Part shown: piece after piece, positions 13,113 through 25,774 of the stretch
How positions within the stretch are numbered: position 1 is the first letter of the stretch
How the letters are laid out: each line of letters begins with the position of its first letter
Origin: Felis catus
Taxonomy: Eukaryota
DNA length: 64,000 bases
Direction: 5' to 3'
Assembly: GCF_018350175.1 (NCBI RefSeq)
Contig: NC_058368.1
Span: 27,716,001 to 27,780,000, forward strand
Notes under the pieces: model-generated
What the model was told of the DNA's origin: nothing
What the model saw: the letters and a program-made list of their open reading frames with translations, nothing else
The model's database searches: none
Position numbers and translations under genes: made by a program

Positions 13113-15541
13113 ACGTGTGCACATGTGTACATGCCAACATCATTTCTTATCTGGATTATTGCAGCTGCCTCTCAACTTGCCTCCCTGTTTCTACTCTTGC
13201 TTTCCTTCCTATCTATTCTCAAAATATCGGTGAGAGTGACCTTGTTAAGACATGCTATATCATGTTACTCCCCTGCACCAAATCCTCCAAATGCTTCCCA
13301 TTTCATGCAGAGTAAAAGCCAAAAGCTTTACTATGACTTAAAGGACCCTACATGGTCTGGCCCCATATTAGGCTTTTATCCTCATTTCCTAGTACTCTCT
13401 CCTTCTGCTCACATCAAACTTTTTGTTGTTTATCAAAGACAGACATTCTCTCACTTCAGGATATTTGACTATATTCCATTTGCTCAAGGCTGAAATTCAG
13501 CTGGGTTTCAACATGGGGCCCTAGGGAATGTTTTTGAACTGTATTAGCTTTTATTGGGTGGGACACATGCTGTGATTGGTCAGTACCTGTGTCATATTGG
13601 TTGTTTAATGTTTTGAGTATCAACACGCTCTTCCTGTACCCTTGCATCCATGAGATCCCTACTGAGAGGTCACAAGAAGATATTCCCTGGCCACCCTATC
13701 TAAAATTTCATACAGATTTTACTTCCCATTCAATTTCCACTTTAATTTTTCTCCTTGTACTTGTATTCGTTGTCCATTGCTGCATCATGTATTACCCCCA
13801 ACATATAGTGGCTTAAAAAAAACATTCAGTATGTGTTTCCCCCAACAGTTTCTGGAAGGCAGAAATTCAGGAGCAGCTTGGCTGTGTGGTTCGTGTTCAC
13901 GTTGCACCAAGATGTCAGCTAGAGTTAGGGTCATCGTGATAGGGGCTGGAGGTTACACCAGATGGTCGCCTTCAAAGTTGGAGGAAACTACTTAAGGGCA
14001 AGAATAGCAGAACACAAGAATCATTAGAGGCCACCTTGGAGACCAGCTACCACAATACGACCACTGGTCCCCACAGGTTCACATGCAAGTTATCCTCATC
14101 TCCTCCCAAGACCCCCTCCCCCCAAGTCTCATGCCATTACAGCATCAGCTCAAAATCTAGACTCTTGTTATCTAAAGCAAGTCTGGTGCAGGTGAGACTC
14201 CACACATGTAGTTCTTGCGTATAGCTCATCCAGTATGGTTTCTCTTGACCTGAGACCTGTGAAGTAAAGGGTCAAGTTATCTGCTTCCAACGTATCCCAC
14301 ATAAAGTGGTAGGATGTGCATAGGATAACCAGTATAGGTGTTTATTCAAAGGGGGAAAATGGGAGGAAGTTGGTGCCATTGGGCTATAGCGATTTTAAAA
14401 TCCAGCAAGATAGGGGTTGGTACTTCCTTGATTAGGACTCAAGGCATGAGAATAATTGTTTGTGGCATTTGGCTACACATTGTGGGCTTTAAGTTCTGCC
14501 CTTTGAGTTATGTTTCCTTTTCCATGAAAAACAACCCATGTATGTGGTTGCTGGTGTTCCCCGCCTGATCTCTGTCATAATGAGACTTTTCATTTCATCA
14601 TGAATCTGTCCCTTTCAGTCCAAACTGGTGGTATTTCTGAAAATACAATTGTCCTAAAAAGTCTGAGGGGTTTTTTATAAATCTTACTTGGGCTTATCCC
14701 ATTGGACAAAAACCATATCTTGTCTTCTGTCTTCTTTGGTCTTCTGCCAGACTGTTAAAGGACAACATTTTTAAGCTTCTGAAAGTTTTATTCTTTGACT
14801 GAATGGTTCCTTGAGATATTTATTTCCTTGGATCGTTCTGATGTCTTCTTAACGAAGGAATTAATAGCCACTCTCGCATTTTCCACTTTAAATCAGGCTT
14901 TCATGATGGTTCTCTGATTTGATCTCTTCCTGGAGCCAATTCTTAACCTTAGCATAGTTTGCCATTTACAGAGGTTGAGAACTACCAAAATCAGCAATTC
15001 CTAGCTCCTTTTTGGGCAATAACCTTTCATTTAGGTTATCTCTATCTTCCCACATCTTACTATAAGCAGCAAGAATGAATCAGGCAGGACCTTCCACATT
15101 CTGCCTGGCTATCTCCTTACCCAGCTCACTTAGGTCATTAGGTACCTTTGCTTCCCACGTCACCACAGGTAACGGTGCTGCTATCTAACACCAAATAACA
15201 GGGACCCCTTCTATAATGTTCCTAAACTTGTGCCAGCATTGTCCTCAAAGACTTTCCAGCTCCTGCCCTCAGACCAGTTCTGAAGCCAAGCCCATGTTTT
15301 CATTTTAGACTGCACCACACTTCCAGGTGCTATAATCTATAAGTTGTTTCCTGCTGCATTACAATTTATCCCAAATTTGGGGTAGGAAGCGAGAATCACT
15401 GGAGGCTGGCTTGAAATCTGATTACCTCAGTATTTAACAGTATCTAACACATTACATATTTTACTTACTTGCTTTGTGAGTTGCCCATCTAGAATGAAAG
15501 AATGTGGCAGAGGGATTTTTTTTTAATGTTTATCTATTTTA
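10802..15541 (+). repeat. Tandem segmental duplication, copy 2 (4740 bp)
   Basis: The only differences I saw from copy 1 are length changes in (TA)n/poly-T (3 bp), (TG)n (8 bp) and a poly-T run (1 bp). Confidence 0.97.
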
Positions 15542-15726
15542 GAGACAGAGAGAGACAGAGCATGAGCAGGGGAGGGGCAGAGAGAGAGGGAGACACAGAA
15601 TCGGAAGCAGGCTCCAGGCTCTGAGCTGTCAGCACAGAGCCCGATGCGGGGCCAGAACTCACAAACTGCGAGATCATGACATGAACCAAAGTTGGACACC
15701 TAACCAACTGAGCCACGCAGGTGCCC
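15515..15726 (-). mobile_element. Can-SINE, right anchor of the duplication, inserted in an L2 3' end
   Basis: TSD gagggattttt (15510-15520 / 15728-15738). Confidence 0.93.
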
Positions 15727-16774
15727 TGAGGGATTTTTGTTGGGTTTATCCACTACTGTAGCCTCAGTGTCTGGTTTATACTAGATACTCAAGAAATGTG
15801 TGTTAGGTGACTAAAGTAAGACTACACTTCCTGGCCTTTCTTGTAACTAGGTGTAGCTGTGCAGCTAAATTTGACCAGTGAAGTGTGAGCAAAAGTGATG
15901 AGTACAATCTCTGGGTTGTACACCTAGAGGTAAACTCGCCCTGCAGTTTCCCTTTCTCCCTCCTCACTGGCTGGATTATTTATGCATTTGATGTAGATAA
16001 GGGAAGCACCCGAGAGAAGACAGAGCAACACAATAGAAGCCTGGACCCTTGACACCATAGTAAGTAACACCATCACTGTGCCAGCCCTGGCCTGCGTGTG
16101 CTGAGACGAGCACCTAAGAGACAATTTCTAAGCTGCTAAATCACAGTTATTTTGAGTCTCGACCATTGCGGCTGAACCTGTAGTTTAATCTAGGTGACAT
16201 GAGTGAGAGGGGCTGGATAGAAACACCATCATGCCTGAAAAGAGCTTGAGGAAGTTAGAGAAATGGCCAACTAGCCCTTTAGGACGACGACTATAGAACT
16301 TCTCATATGTAGTATTACACTGTAGGAATATACCACCATTTATTTGTCGGTTATCTTGTCTTTGCCTTATTTCGCGTAGTTTTCTGGTTTAGTTAAGATA
16401 TAATTGATATCCGTCGCTGTATAAGTTCAAAGTATACAGCAGGATGGTTTGATTTACAATCCATCTACTATTGATAGGTATGTAAATAGTTTGTGTTTTA
16501 AACTCTGATGAATCATGCTTGTACTGGACTTGGTGAGCACATGAACAGTGGAATGTCTAGGTATGAAAATACTCGGCCTCAGAAGGTTCTGCCAATTTTC
16601 CAAAAAGGCACTAATTTACCAGTCCTCTAGTGGAGCACCAGAATTTCAGTTTCCCATCCTGACGCATGGTAGCTTTTTTTTTTTCATTTTAGTAATTCTG
16701 TTGAGTGTATAGAGGTATCTCATTGTAATTTCAGTTTGCATATCCATATATTTACTAGCCATTTGGCTGTCTTC

Positions 16775-16975
16775 TTTTTTTTTTTTTGAAGTTTATTTAC
16801 TTATTTTGAGGAGGCGGGAGGGGCAGAGAGAGAAAGAGAGAGAGAGAATTCCAAGTAGGCTCTGTGCTGTCAGCGCGGAGCCCAACGTGGGGCTTGAACC
16901 CACGAACCCAGAGATCATGACCTGAACCCAAACCAAGAGTTGGAGGCTTAACTGACTGAGCCACCCAGGTGCTCC
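16775..16975 (-). mobile_element. Can-SINE
   Basis: Poly-T, GA-rich segment and reverse-complement tRNA head. Confidence 0.88.
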
Positions 16976-19276
16976 TGCAAATTTAAATAGTATTGATCAC
17001 TGTATTTATTGAGGATACCATGTTGGATACACGGTACTGAGCACTTTATGCTTACCTAACATGTATGACAACTATCTTCAGTAGGTTTAGAACTCATTCC
17101 ATTCTATAGTTGAAAAAACTGAAGCCCTGAGATGTTCAGTGGTTCACCCAAAGTCTCTCGTGTTATAAGTAGTGGAGACAAGATCTAAACACAGGTCGAT
17201 CTGACAAAGCCCGAAGCGTGCATGCTGAACCCTTGTTGAATAACACGGGATTCACTCCCTTTCTTCAGACTGCATGAAACTTCATTATTGTAACCATTTT
17301 CATCACCCTCCCTTTGTCAGAGATTGTTTTACTGGAGCTCCAAAAGAGAAGCCATATAGTTGGGAGGCTGCTGAGGACTACTCAGGAGAGTCTTGAACTC
17401 TAGCCGCTGTGGTATGCCTGCAGGGAATTCCTACCCCACATCGCGCTCTTGGAAGCCTGCAAGGCCAAGGGAATTTCTAACATGACTCCTTTCTACAAGT
17501 AAAGCAAAATAGGAGGATCCTAAGTTTTACCCATAGAAATGGAACTCTTGTTGGCTGCCAGAAGATATTAGGGATGGAATACTGCCCCAGAATGTCTACA
17601 GAGTGCTCAGGGCCTTCCAGTTATGCCAACAGAATTCCAGCTTCACTGGGGACTGTACTCCTGTGACAGGCGTTTATCTAGTGGTAGGTAAAACTATATA
17701 CTGCTTTATTTCTATTCTGAAAGGGATTTCAAGATAAAACACACTGAGGATATAGCTCTATGAGGTTTTAGCAATTGAAAGCTGGGAGCTGGTAGAACCA
17801 AAGTTAAGGACTCTTTGAGGACAAATTTAAGTATTATTGGAAAACATATATAAAGTGCTTGCATGGACAGCTCAAAAAAAGCCACAACACGATCTTCCAT
17901 TTATATGGCATCAAGGTGCAATTGGCGAACCACTTCCACAAATGTTATCTCATTTGGCCTTCACAAAGCCCCGAAGGTAGATTGGACAGCTGGTCTTATT
18001 ATGATTAATATTTCATCTTACAAATGAAGCAACCAAAGCTCAGAGAGTTTCAGAGTTTGCCTGAGGTCACAGAATTCTTAAATGGCTCTGCCGGGTCTCA
18101 AGTTCAGGTCTTTCTGCCCTTTGCCCCTATGCCATACTCTCTGTTACATACCTGGCTATACTTACAAAGGATGTGAATACCCACAGGAGTTGGCTAGGAG
18201 TTAAGACATCAGGACAGTCAGAAGTTCCCTAAGAGAGGGCATTTTTGGAAAAGGCATAGTGGTGGGGTTTAAAATGGGTAGTGCTATGGAAAGTTTCTGT
18301 TTGGTTCATTTATCATGGCTAAAGAAACTCTTCAGGGGAATTTCTCTCCCATGCCACTGACAGAGTCTTCAGAACTTTCCCCAGTGAAGGGAAATTTCTT
18401 TCATCCCTGTAGCCAGCAGAGGTCTGGTGACAGCTACCATACAGTGTGACAACTCAGAGATGGAAGCCATTACGCTTTCCTCAGATATGAATTTATAAAC
18501 AAAGAAATGCAGCCACCTTCCGGAAGATCGCAAATATTATTAAAAGCACATTTCTCCTCATTTCCCCAAGTGACAGTATTCATTGTCATCAGAAAAACAG
18601 AGCGAACAAATGTACATCTTTCCGTTTCTACACTATGAAGCTCACTATTTTAACACAGTTAAAGAAGAGGAATTCTAACCCAAATTTAGCATGTTTTCTA
18701 TTCACAAAAATTTGACATGTTGTACAAAGCACTGTCTATTGTAAAGATTATTTGACCACATAATTATAGGGATGAATGTTGGAGTGCAACGGTTTTTATT
18801 AATGTTGATTCTAATAGGTTTACAGACTTTGCCATAACCGTTCTGGGAAATAATACAAAGCTGCTCATGGGGAAATTATAACAAATGAAAAGCATTCCAA
18901 ATTCTGGATTTTGTCAAAAGATATATATTGTCACAATCATCTTCCAAAATGTAGAAAGCTCTATGTGGACTCAGAAGACCTAAATTCGGTTCTGCCACAA
19001 AGTTGTCACACAATCCTGGAAGTCACTTGACTTCTCTAAGTCTCTGTTTCCTTCTGTCTAAAATGAGGTGATCTTAATCAAGGGGTTAGCATAAGAAGGT
19101 TCTTTCTGTTCCCCACTGTAGCTGCTGGGTCTGATGGAGTGAATGGTCTGTGCTTATTATTAATAAATATTTATTGCCTGAACTTAAGGTGACTTATAAT
19201 TGTAGCATTCCATGATTTATGGCATACATTTAAAGAATTTCTAAAGAATGTGATATTGCCACAAATATGCTCTTAT

Positions 19277-19325
<49 letters not shown>

Positions 19326-19488
19326 GGAGTGCCTAGTAAAGTAGTCACTGATTCACGTAGATCCTTTGTTGGAAGAGAGAAATCAAATCTTTAACTGCTG
19401 TCCTCACCCTACTGGATTAATCTAACATTTCACTGCAGAATCAAATTTAAGGAAGCATGACTTTTTGGAATTTTCAGAAATTAAGATT

Positions 19489-19524
19489 CTTTCCTTCCTT
19501 CCTCCCTCCCTCCCTCCCTCCCTC

Positions 19525-19604
<80 letters not shown>

Positions 19605-19709
19605 TCTTTCAGTAGGCTTCATGCCCAACACAGAGCCCAGTGTAGAGCTTGAACTCAGGACCTTGAAATCAAGACCTGAGCTGAGATCAAGAGTCCACCC
19701 AGGTACCCC
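19489..19709 (-). mobile_element. Older, internally deleted Can-SINE whose tail became (TTTC)n/(CCCT)n
   Basis: SINE core at 19610-19709. Degenerate TSD agaaattaagatt / agaaactaagatt. Confidence 0.75.
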
Positions 19710-21145
19710 TAGAAACTAAGATTTTCACTGAGACATTTTATGACAAGAAACAGCTGAGAATCTATGTCTGTATTTATTCACACTAATGAGAGAGTAATCG
19801 AAGGCAACTAATTTAAAAACCAGATATGTATCTTCATTTAGATCCTTGGAAGATAAAAGACATACTTGGATATGTTAGCATAAGCCCAAATTGGTGAAGT
19901 TTCTTTTTGATTTCATCTTATCTTTAATCTTATCCCAGCACGCTGGGCTAAAACTGCTCATTGTAGCCTTGAATTGCCATTTCCTATCAATGTCTCATTT
20001 TACAACGTTTTCCTTTGTGTATCCTTTTGAATCCTCTTTTTCTTTCCACTTTAGCTTCCCTCTTCCCCAACCAAAATATCTTTTGCTTAGATTAAACTCC
20101 TTTACCTAAGGAATGAATAAATGATTATTTTCCGGATGCAGTTACGTTTTAAAAGAAAGCCATTTCCTAAGGGAATCTTTAATTGGCCAAATTTCAGGCC
20201 ATTTAACAATCTCCCTAGATTTCAGGTAATCCCCCTTGTCCCTTAAAATATACAGGTAATTGTCTAGTACAATGATTCCTTGAACTTTCAAAGCCATGGA
20301 GCTCTTACTCAAACAAAATCAGGTAGCAATCCAGTAAATAGAAGAGATAAGGGCTGAGGCAGGGGTGGGGATCCAGAATCTTCTCCACTCTCCCTATTTC
20401 TCTCCACTAGCCATTGCTGCAGAGGCACACATCTCTGAGCAACCCTAGTAAAAGGCCAGCCCATATCTTCACACAAATACACAGACACATAAGGTGAAAA
20501 AATATGTGATATGCAAATAGATAACCCACTCTCAAGTATCTTAAAGGAGCCTCTAATGTCTACTGCAATAGTAAACCACATTCACATTTTTTAACACTTT
20601 AGGAATGTAGCAAAATGACAAATGAACAGAATAAGCAATCTAGATTTTGCCTATTATCCTCTATTTCTATTTCATGTTTGCAACTTGGGTGTGCTACGCG
20701 GTTGGGTTTTAAAATAAATACGGTCAACCGAGTGTATTCCTTGAAGTCAGCGTTACTCGTACTAGTTCCTTTAGAAGAACTGATTTTCCTTTATTCAAAC
20801 TTTGAATTGAATCCAATCACCAAAACAACTTCTTTCTTATCCTCTGAAATAAAAGTTCCAGTGGTATTTTCCCAGCAGTTGGCAATTTGAAGAAAATTGC
20901 CTCCAGGAAGATCACCCAGATCCACTTTTGGGGGGACTCTGGAACTGCTTTTCTCACCCTACAGGCACCTACAACCTGGAAGTTCCCCAATCAAAGTCTT
21001 TCACCCTTGCCAGAAACCTGTCCCTCCTCTTGGTTACTGATGAATGGTTCCGCTTTCCTCCTATACACAAAGCTAAAACCTTACAGTTACCATCAAACAG
21101 CAACCATTAAGTTACTGGGACTCTAAGCTAGGCATATTACCTAGA

Positions 21146-21367
21146 TCAGGATTTTCCAACCTCAGCACTATTGACTTTTTGGGCAGGATGATTCTCTGTT
21201 CTGGGAGGCTGCCCAGTCCATTACAGTATATTTAGCAGCATCCCTGGCCTCTACCCACTAGATGCCAGTAGACATACCCCTCTCCCCCTTCTAGGCTTCA
21301 CAAAAAATGTCTCCAGGCATCGTCAAATGTCTGCTGGAGGCAAAATCAACTGCATTTGAGAAGTGTT
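21146..21367. mobile_element. MER20 DNA transposon remnant
   Basis: caacctcagcactattgac.tttt.ggc and tttagcagcatccctggcctctacccactagatgccagtag are MER20 hallmarks. Confidence 0.85.
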
Positions 21368-22718
21368 GATGTGGATTGTCTCTTTATTCCTCACAGTATC
21401 CCACAAGGTACATATTGTAACTTCATTCCACATAATGCAGATCAGGAAACTGGGCCTCTAGGGAATTGAGTGACTTGTCCTTGGTCATGGGGCCGGTATG
21501 TGGCAGAGCTGGGTTTCAGAGTACTGTACAAACTGTCTCCCCATCTGTCCCATTTGCTACCTCTGGAGCTCAGGTCCCTTCTGCATCTAATTTTTTTTTT
21601 TTTTTTTTTTAATCCAACTATGTTAACCTTTCATTTGGAACGTCACGGGTTTTGTCCCCTCCTTCCTACTTCCCATGCTGTTGCCTTAGCTCAGATTTCC
21701 CACCTAGATTATAATAACTAGGCTTTTAGTTTCTCTCTCAGATTTCAGCCTCTTCGTTTTTCAATCTGTCTTTCACATTGCTGATAGAACTTTCTCAAAC
21801 ATATTATTACACAACTGCCCTAGGGAAAAACCTTCTGTGCCTCCCACGTTGCCCACAGCAGGGTTCTCGAAAGGTGGTCCCAAACCAGCCCCATGGGTAT
21901 CTCTAGGAAACTTGTTAGAAATGCAAATTCTTGGGCAAGCTGAGGGCTAGGCAGCAATGATTCTCCAGGCAGCCTTGCTCAGTAATTGATCAAACATTCA
22001 AGAAGTATTAGTTTCATACCCGGTCTGTGCAAGACATTGGGCAATGGTTCGACTATGGAATGGAGATTTTTTTCCTTCCAAATTTGGACTTGCAAGACTC
22101 TGTATCTGTAGGTCTGGGGGGTGAGTCTCAGCATCCATATTTTTAGAAAGCTCCCAGACGATTCTGATGTGTAGTGGGTTGATCGTGACTGTCCTAATGC
22201 TGGCTATACAAAAATGAGAGAGATCTCTTTCCTCCCATAACCTATGTGGTAGGAGACACGTAAGCAAACGCTAATGCCGCCATCATAAATAACAAGAGCT
22301 TGCTTCCCCTCTTTTGGGCTTTCTTTGGCTTTTGATTTCACTTTTGGCTTTTGATTCCACTTCACATTTCCTTTAACTTGAATGTATGTGCACAACAACG
22401 TAAGGCAAAATTTTGTTCAGATGATTTTATTTATTCACCTAATCTCTGGCGTTCCAAGGTTAATCTATTGTTCAGGGTCTCAAATTTCCAGCAGTAACCT
22501 CAAATTAGGGGTTACCTATTACACAGCCCTAAAGTACCTTTGAGGGTTCTAGTCCCCTTGCGGCTACCACAGGTCTCTTCATTATCCTCTAAGGTGTCTT
22601 GGAGACCTTGAACCAGCACGGGTAGGGGCGGAGCAGGCTCACTTCTCCCCGCCAGGGCGGCGCAGCGAGAGCCTTCACCCGCGCTGAGGTCAGAGGGCGC
22701 CCGAGTGGAGCCCGAATG

Positions 22719-22728
22719 GGGAAGTCCC
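22719..22728 (-). promoter_or_regulatory. NF-kB site (GGGACTTCCC on the minus strand)
   Basis: Fits GGGRNWYYCC; 30 bp upstream of the ISRE with a GC box between them. Confidence 0.6.
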
Positions 22729-22758
22729 CCGGGGGCGGGCGCACCTGCCGCCGCTGGC

Positions 22759-22772
22759 GGGAAATCGAAACT
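22759..22772 (+). promoter_or_regulatory. ISRE (GGGAAATCGAAACT), ISGF3/IRF site
   Basis: Matches the ISRE consensus GAAANNGAAACT and lies ~115 bp upstream of the ATG of a known interferon-stimulated gene. Confidence 0.8.
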
Positions 22773-22885
22773 CAAGCTGTTGAAACCGCTGCCCCTGCCC
22801 TTTCGAATCTCATCTCGAGACTCCCGAGGCGCCCCAGCCCGCGTCCCCGCCGCAGCGGCGGCCGGGCACCCGCGGACTCAGAGCT

Positions 22886-23064
22886 ATGTTCACCCGCACT
22901 CGGGTGGTGGGCTCCGGGCTCGGCGCCCCCCCCGCCCCCCGCCCGGCCCGGGAGCCCCCCGGGCGGCCTCGGGAGCCGGGCCAGCTGCAAGGTCCCAGAC
23001 CGGGTTCGCAGGCGACCCCCCAGAGCCCTTCGCAGGAGAGCCCACGGCTCGCCGGCCAGCGGTG
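22886..23064 (+). CDS. EPSTI1: EPSTI1 coding exon 1 (MFTRTRVVGSGLGAPPAPRPAREP...PSQESPRLAGQR, ends phase 2)
   Basis: ATG at 22886 (G at -3) inside a CpG island. The translation resembles the human EPSTI1 N-terminus as I recall it (MNTRNRVVNSGLGASP...AGQRR). Consensus donor TG|GTAAGT at 23064/23065; the frame continues into exon 2. Confidence 0.93.
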
Positions 23065-24914
23065 GTAAGTACTTAACAACCCGGCTTGGGGGCGGGAGCC
23101 CAGACCTCAGACAGACTCGGCGAGCACTTTCTTGATCATCGGAGTTTGAAACCACGGGGGCCCAGTAGCGGGGTTTCTGAGAGAGTGCAGGCTCGTTTGC
23201 CTACCCAAAAGCTTTCAGGAATTATTACCTTATAAATTGAGTGTGCCAGTCTGCGGTTCTTTGCTAAATAACAGCTCTCGTTCCTTTCAAGAACATTGCG
23301 ATTCTCGTGGCTGGCTACAGGATTGAAAAGACGTGTGGAGAACTCGCCTGAGCGTCCTACGAACTTTACAGGTGTCTCCAGAACTCCTACTCTTTAGCAT
23401 GAATTATTGTTTTCCTTCCTGGTTTAAACCATCGATGCCCTTAAGTGGTGTCTCCGCGTCAGCTGCCGGGGCAAGGGCGGAGAGGGAATGTGTTATGGGG
23501 TAGATGCTCCAAATGCTGGCTCTGGGAGCACGCTTGCATCTCAACCAAGTTCCCAGATAAATGACCTCTTAGGACCAGAGGAGTGGGACCGGGTGAGGTC
23601 GAGAGTGGCCGCAGGGTTTCCTGTCATATAGGTAACCTTGACCTTGGTCTTTGGTTCAGAGTCTACAGTTGGTACCCTGAAAACGTTTGTTACCCCGCGT
23701 CAGTAATCCTCGCTTTCCTCCCAATGGAAGGAGCTTCTTTAACAGGATAGTATGGCTACACAGGGCTCCGGAAGTGCTGCTTCTGTGCATTGGAATCCTC
23801 TGAATAGTTTCATTTTCAGTTCCCCCCTTTCCATCAACTTGTCGCACAAAAGACCTGCTGGTTGCCAAGGAACAGTATATCACCATATGACCCGTAAACA
23901 GTAACTTTTCTTTTATCCCTTAACTTTGAAAGAAGTCATGAGTACTGGGCTTTTGATATTATTCCACTTAGGGTTGCCCTTAGATGGGGTGGGTGACCCG
24001 GGTGGTTGCAGTCAGAGATTGCCGCATTTGTCACCTTTGCGGAATGAGAGGTGTCTTACTACGATAGAGGTTCATTAAATTCAAGTAATCTCAGTAAGCT
24101 GTAGCATTTAATGTAGCAGAGGTCATGGGCATACAGTCTCAGGTTGATGATGAACACCCTTTACGTGCCTTTTTGTTGTTAAAGTTAGCATCTAGTTAGA
24201 TACAATCATTTATTTGCAAGCTCATATCATCTCATAAATATTAGCATTTGCATCTATCTGTTTTTTCTTTTTCTTTTTTCTTTCTTTTTTTTTTTTTTTT
24301 TTTTTTTTGGCTGTCAACATCCCCAGAATCTTGCTGGACCAAATTGCTCGGAAAGGGGCGGTTTTCTAATTCATTGTCCAGGCCTCAATACCTGAAGACC
24401 TCACTGCATACTATTTTGTGATTTTTAAGATTTGCCGATAGACCATTAGAGAGTACATGGGAGAGTTGGCTTTCACAGAGCTCTTTTATTTTTAAAAAAT
24501 GCGAACCGGTTGCAGTAAGTAGAACGTTATAAGAGTCATTCCCTTTTAGGTGTTCAGTAGAGGAGATCCTGTTTGGACCACTCCGAATTCTTACATCTCC
24601 ATTAGTCACTTCTATTGTTTATTCTCACTTGTATCCTTTAATGGAACTGGAAAACCAAGGAAAATGGTTGAATGGTAAATAATATCTTAGTAAAATGCAC
24701 ACACAAACCCTAAAAGAGGGCTTTATTCTTTTTTTTTTTTTTTTTTTTTGGAGCGGAATTATAGCATTTTCTGGTGGGAAGTAGAGAAAAAGGAAGAAGT
24801 GCTTAATAAGCTTCATTTGTTCATTCTCAATATGCGCTTATTTACATGACAAAGGATTGGGATTTCGCCTTGTATTGTGCACATCTTTCCATTAATTCCT
24901 TAGGGAAGTGCCAG

Positions 24915-25140
24915 TGAGGGCACAGGAGCATGGGCTTTGATGCCGGACTCCGTGTTCTCATTCTGCCATTACTTGCTCTCTGAACTTCAGCAAGGTGCTC
25001 AAGGACTTTATGCCTCAGTTTCCTCATTACTTAAAATGAGATAATACCAACCTCTGAGGGCTTCTTTATTTGTGTGTAGGTGTATGCGTAAAACAGAACT
25101 TCATGCCTGGCAGGAAGGAAATGTCCAGTAAATGTGGGAT
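24915..25140 (+). mobile_element. MIR
   Basis: Core ctgccattacttgct...gcctcagtttcctcat...aaaatgagataata. Confidence 0.7.
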
Positions 25141-25534
25141 GCTGACAACCTTAAATTCATTTAACAGGTGTTAATTGATCAAGTACTGTGCCGTCACCCT
25201 GAAGCGGAGTATTTGTACATTGTAAAAACACACTGGTTTAAAACACCTACTTCCATGTGGAGATGTTAAGGCAATCTCTTAATATCTTAAATGACTCCTG
25301 AGAACCTCCAAATAGACTCTAAGGCAAGGCTGTGTTCTTGACTATGTTTGGATTTAAATAATTATAAGTGCTAATTCATGTTGGCTTTCCCAATTATTTT
25401 TAGTTGGTGATTTTTATCTTGTCCCTAGGTATCATAAGCAATTTACACAGATTTAAAGAGAAGAAAGGCTTATATATACTTCGAATCCAAAGTAACAATT
25501 TACCTTCACTGTCCCTTTCAATATTTTGCTTTTG

Positions 25535-25599
25535 TAAAAAAAAATTTTTAAATGTTTGTTTATTTTTGAGAGAGAGTGAGAGAGCACTAGCAGGGGAGG

Positions 25600-25641
<42 letters not shown>

Positions 25642-25774
25642 CACAGAATCCAAAGCAGTCTCCAGGCTCTGAGTGTCGGCCCAGAGCCTGACATGGGGCT
25701 CGAACCCACAGACTACAAGATCATGACCGGGGCTAAAGTTGGATGCTTAACCAACTGAGCCACCCAGGCGCCCC
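25535..25774 (-). mobile_element. Can-SINE (intron 1)
   Basis: Expanded (GA)n. TSD aatattttgctttt on both sides. Confidence 0.92.

Larger units (their letters stand above)
22550..23170. promoter_or_regulatory. EPSTI1: CpG island / EPSTI1 promoter and first exon
   Basis: The only strongly GC- and CpG-rich block in an otherwise AT-rich, CpG-depleted window. GC boxes at 22625-22633 and 22731-22740. Boundaries approximate. Confidence 0.9.

Noticed and set aside
22512..23155. Several overlapping 87-139 aa ORFs on both strands at the promoter
   Set aside because: Expected from stop-codon scarcity in a GC-rich island. Only the frame from ATG 22886 splices into downstream exons and resembles a known protein.
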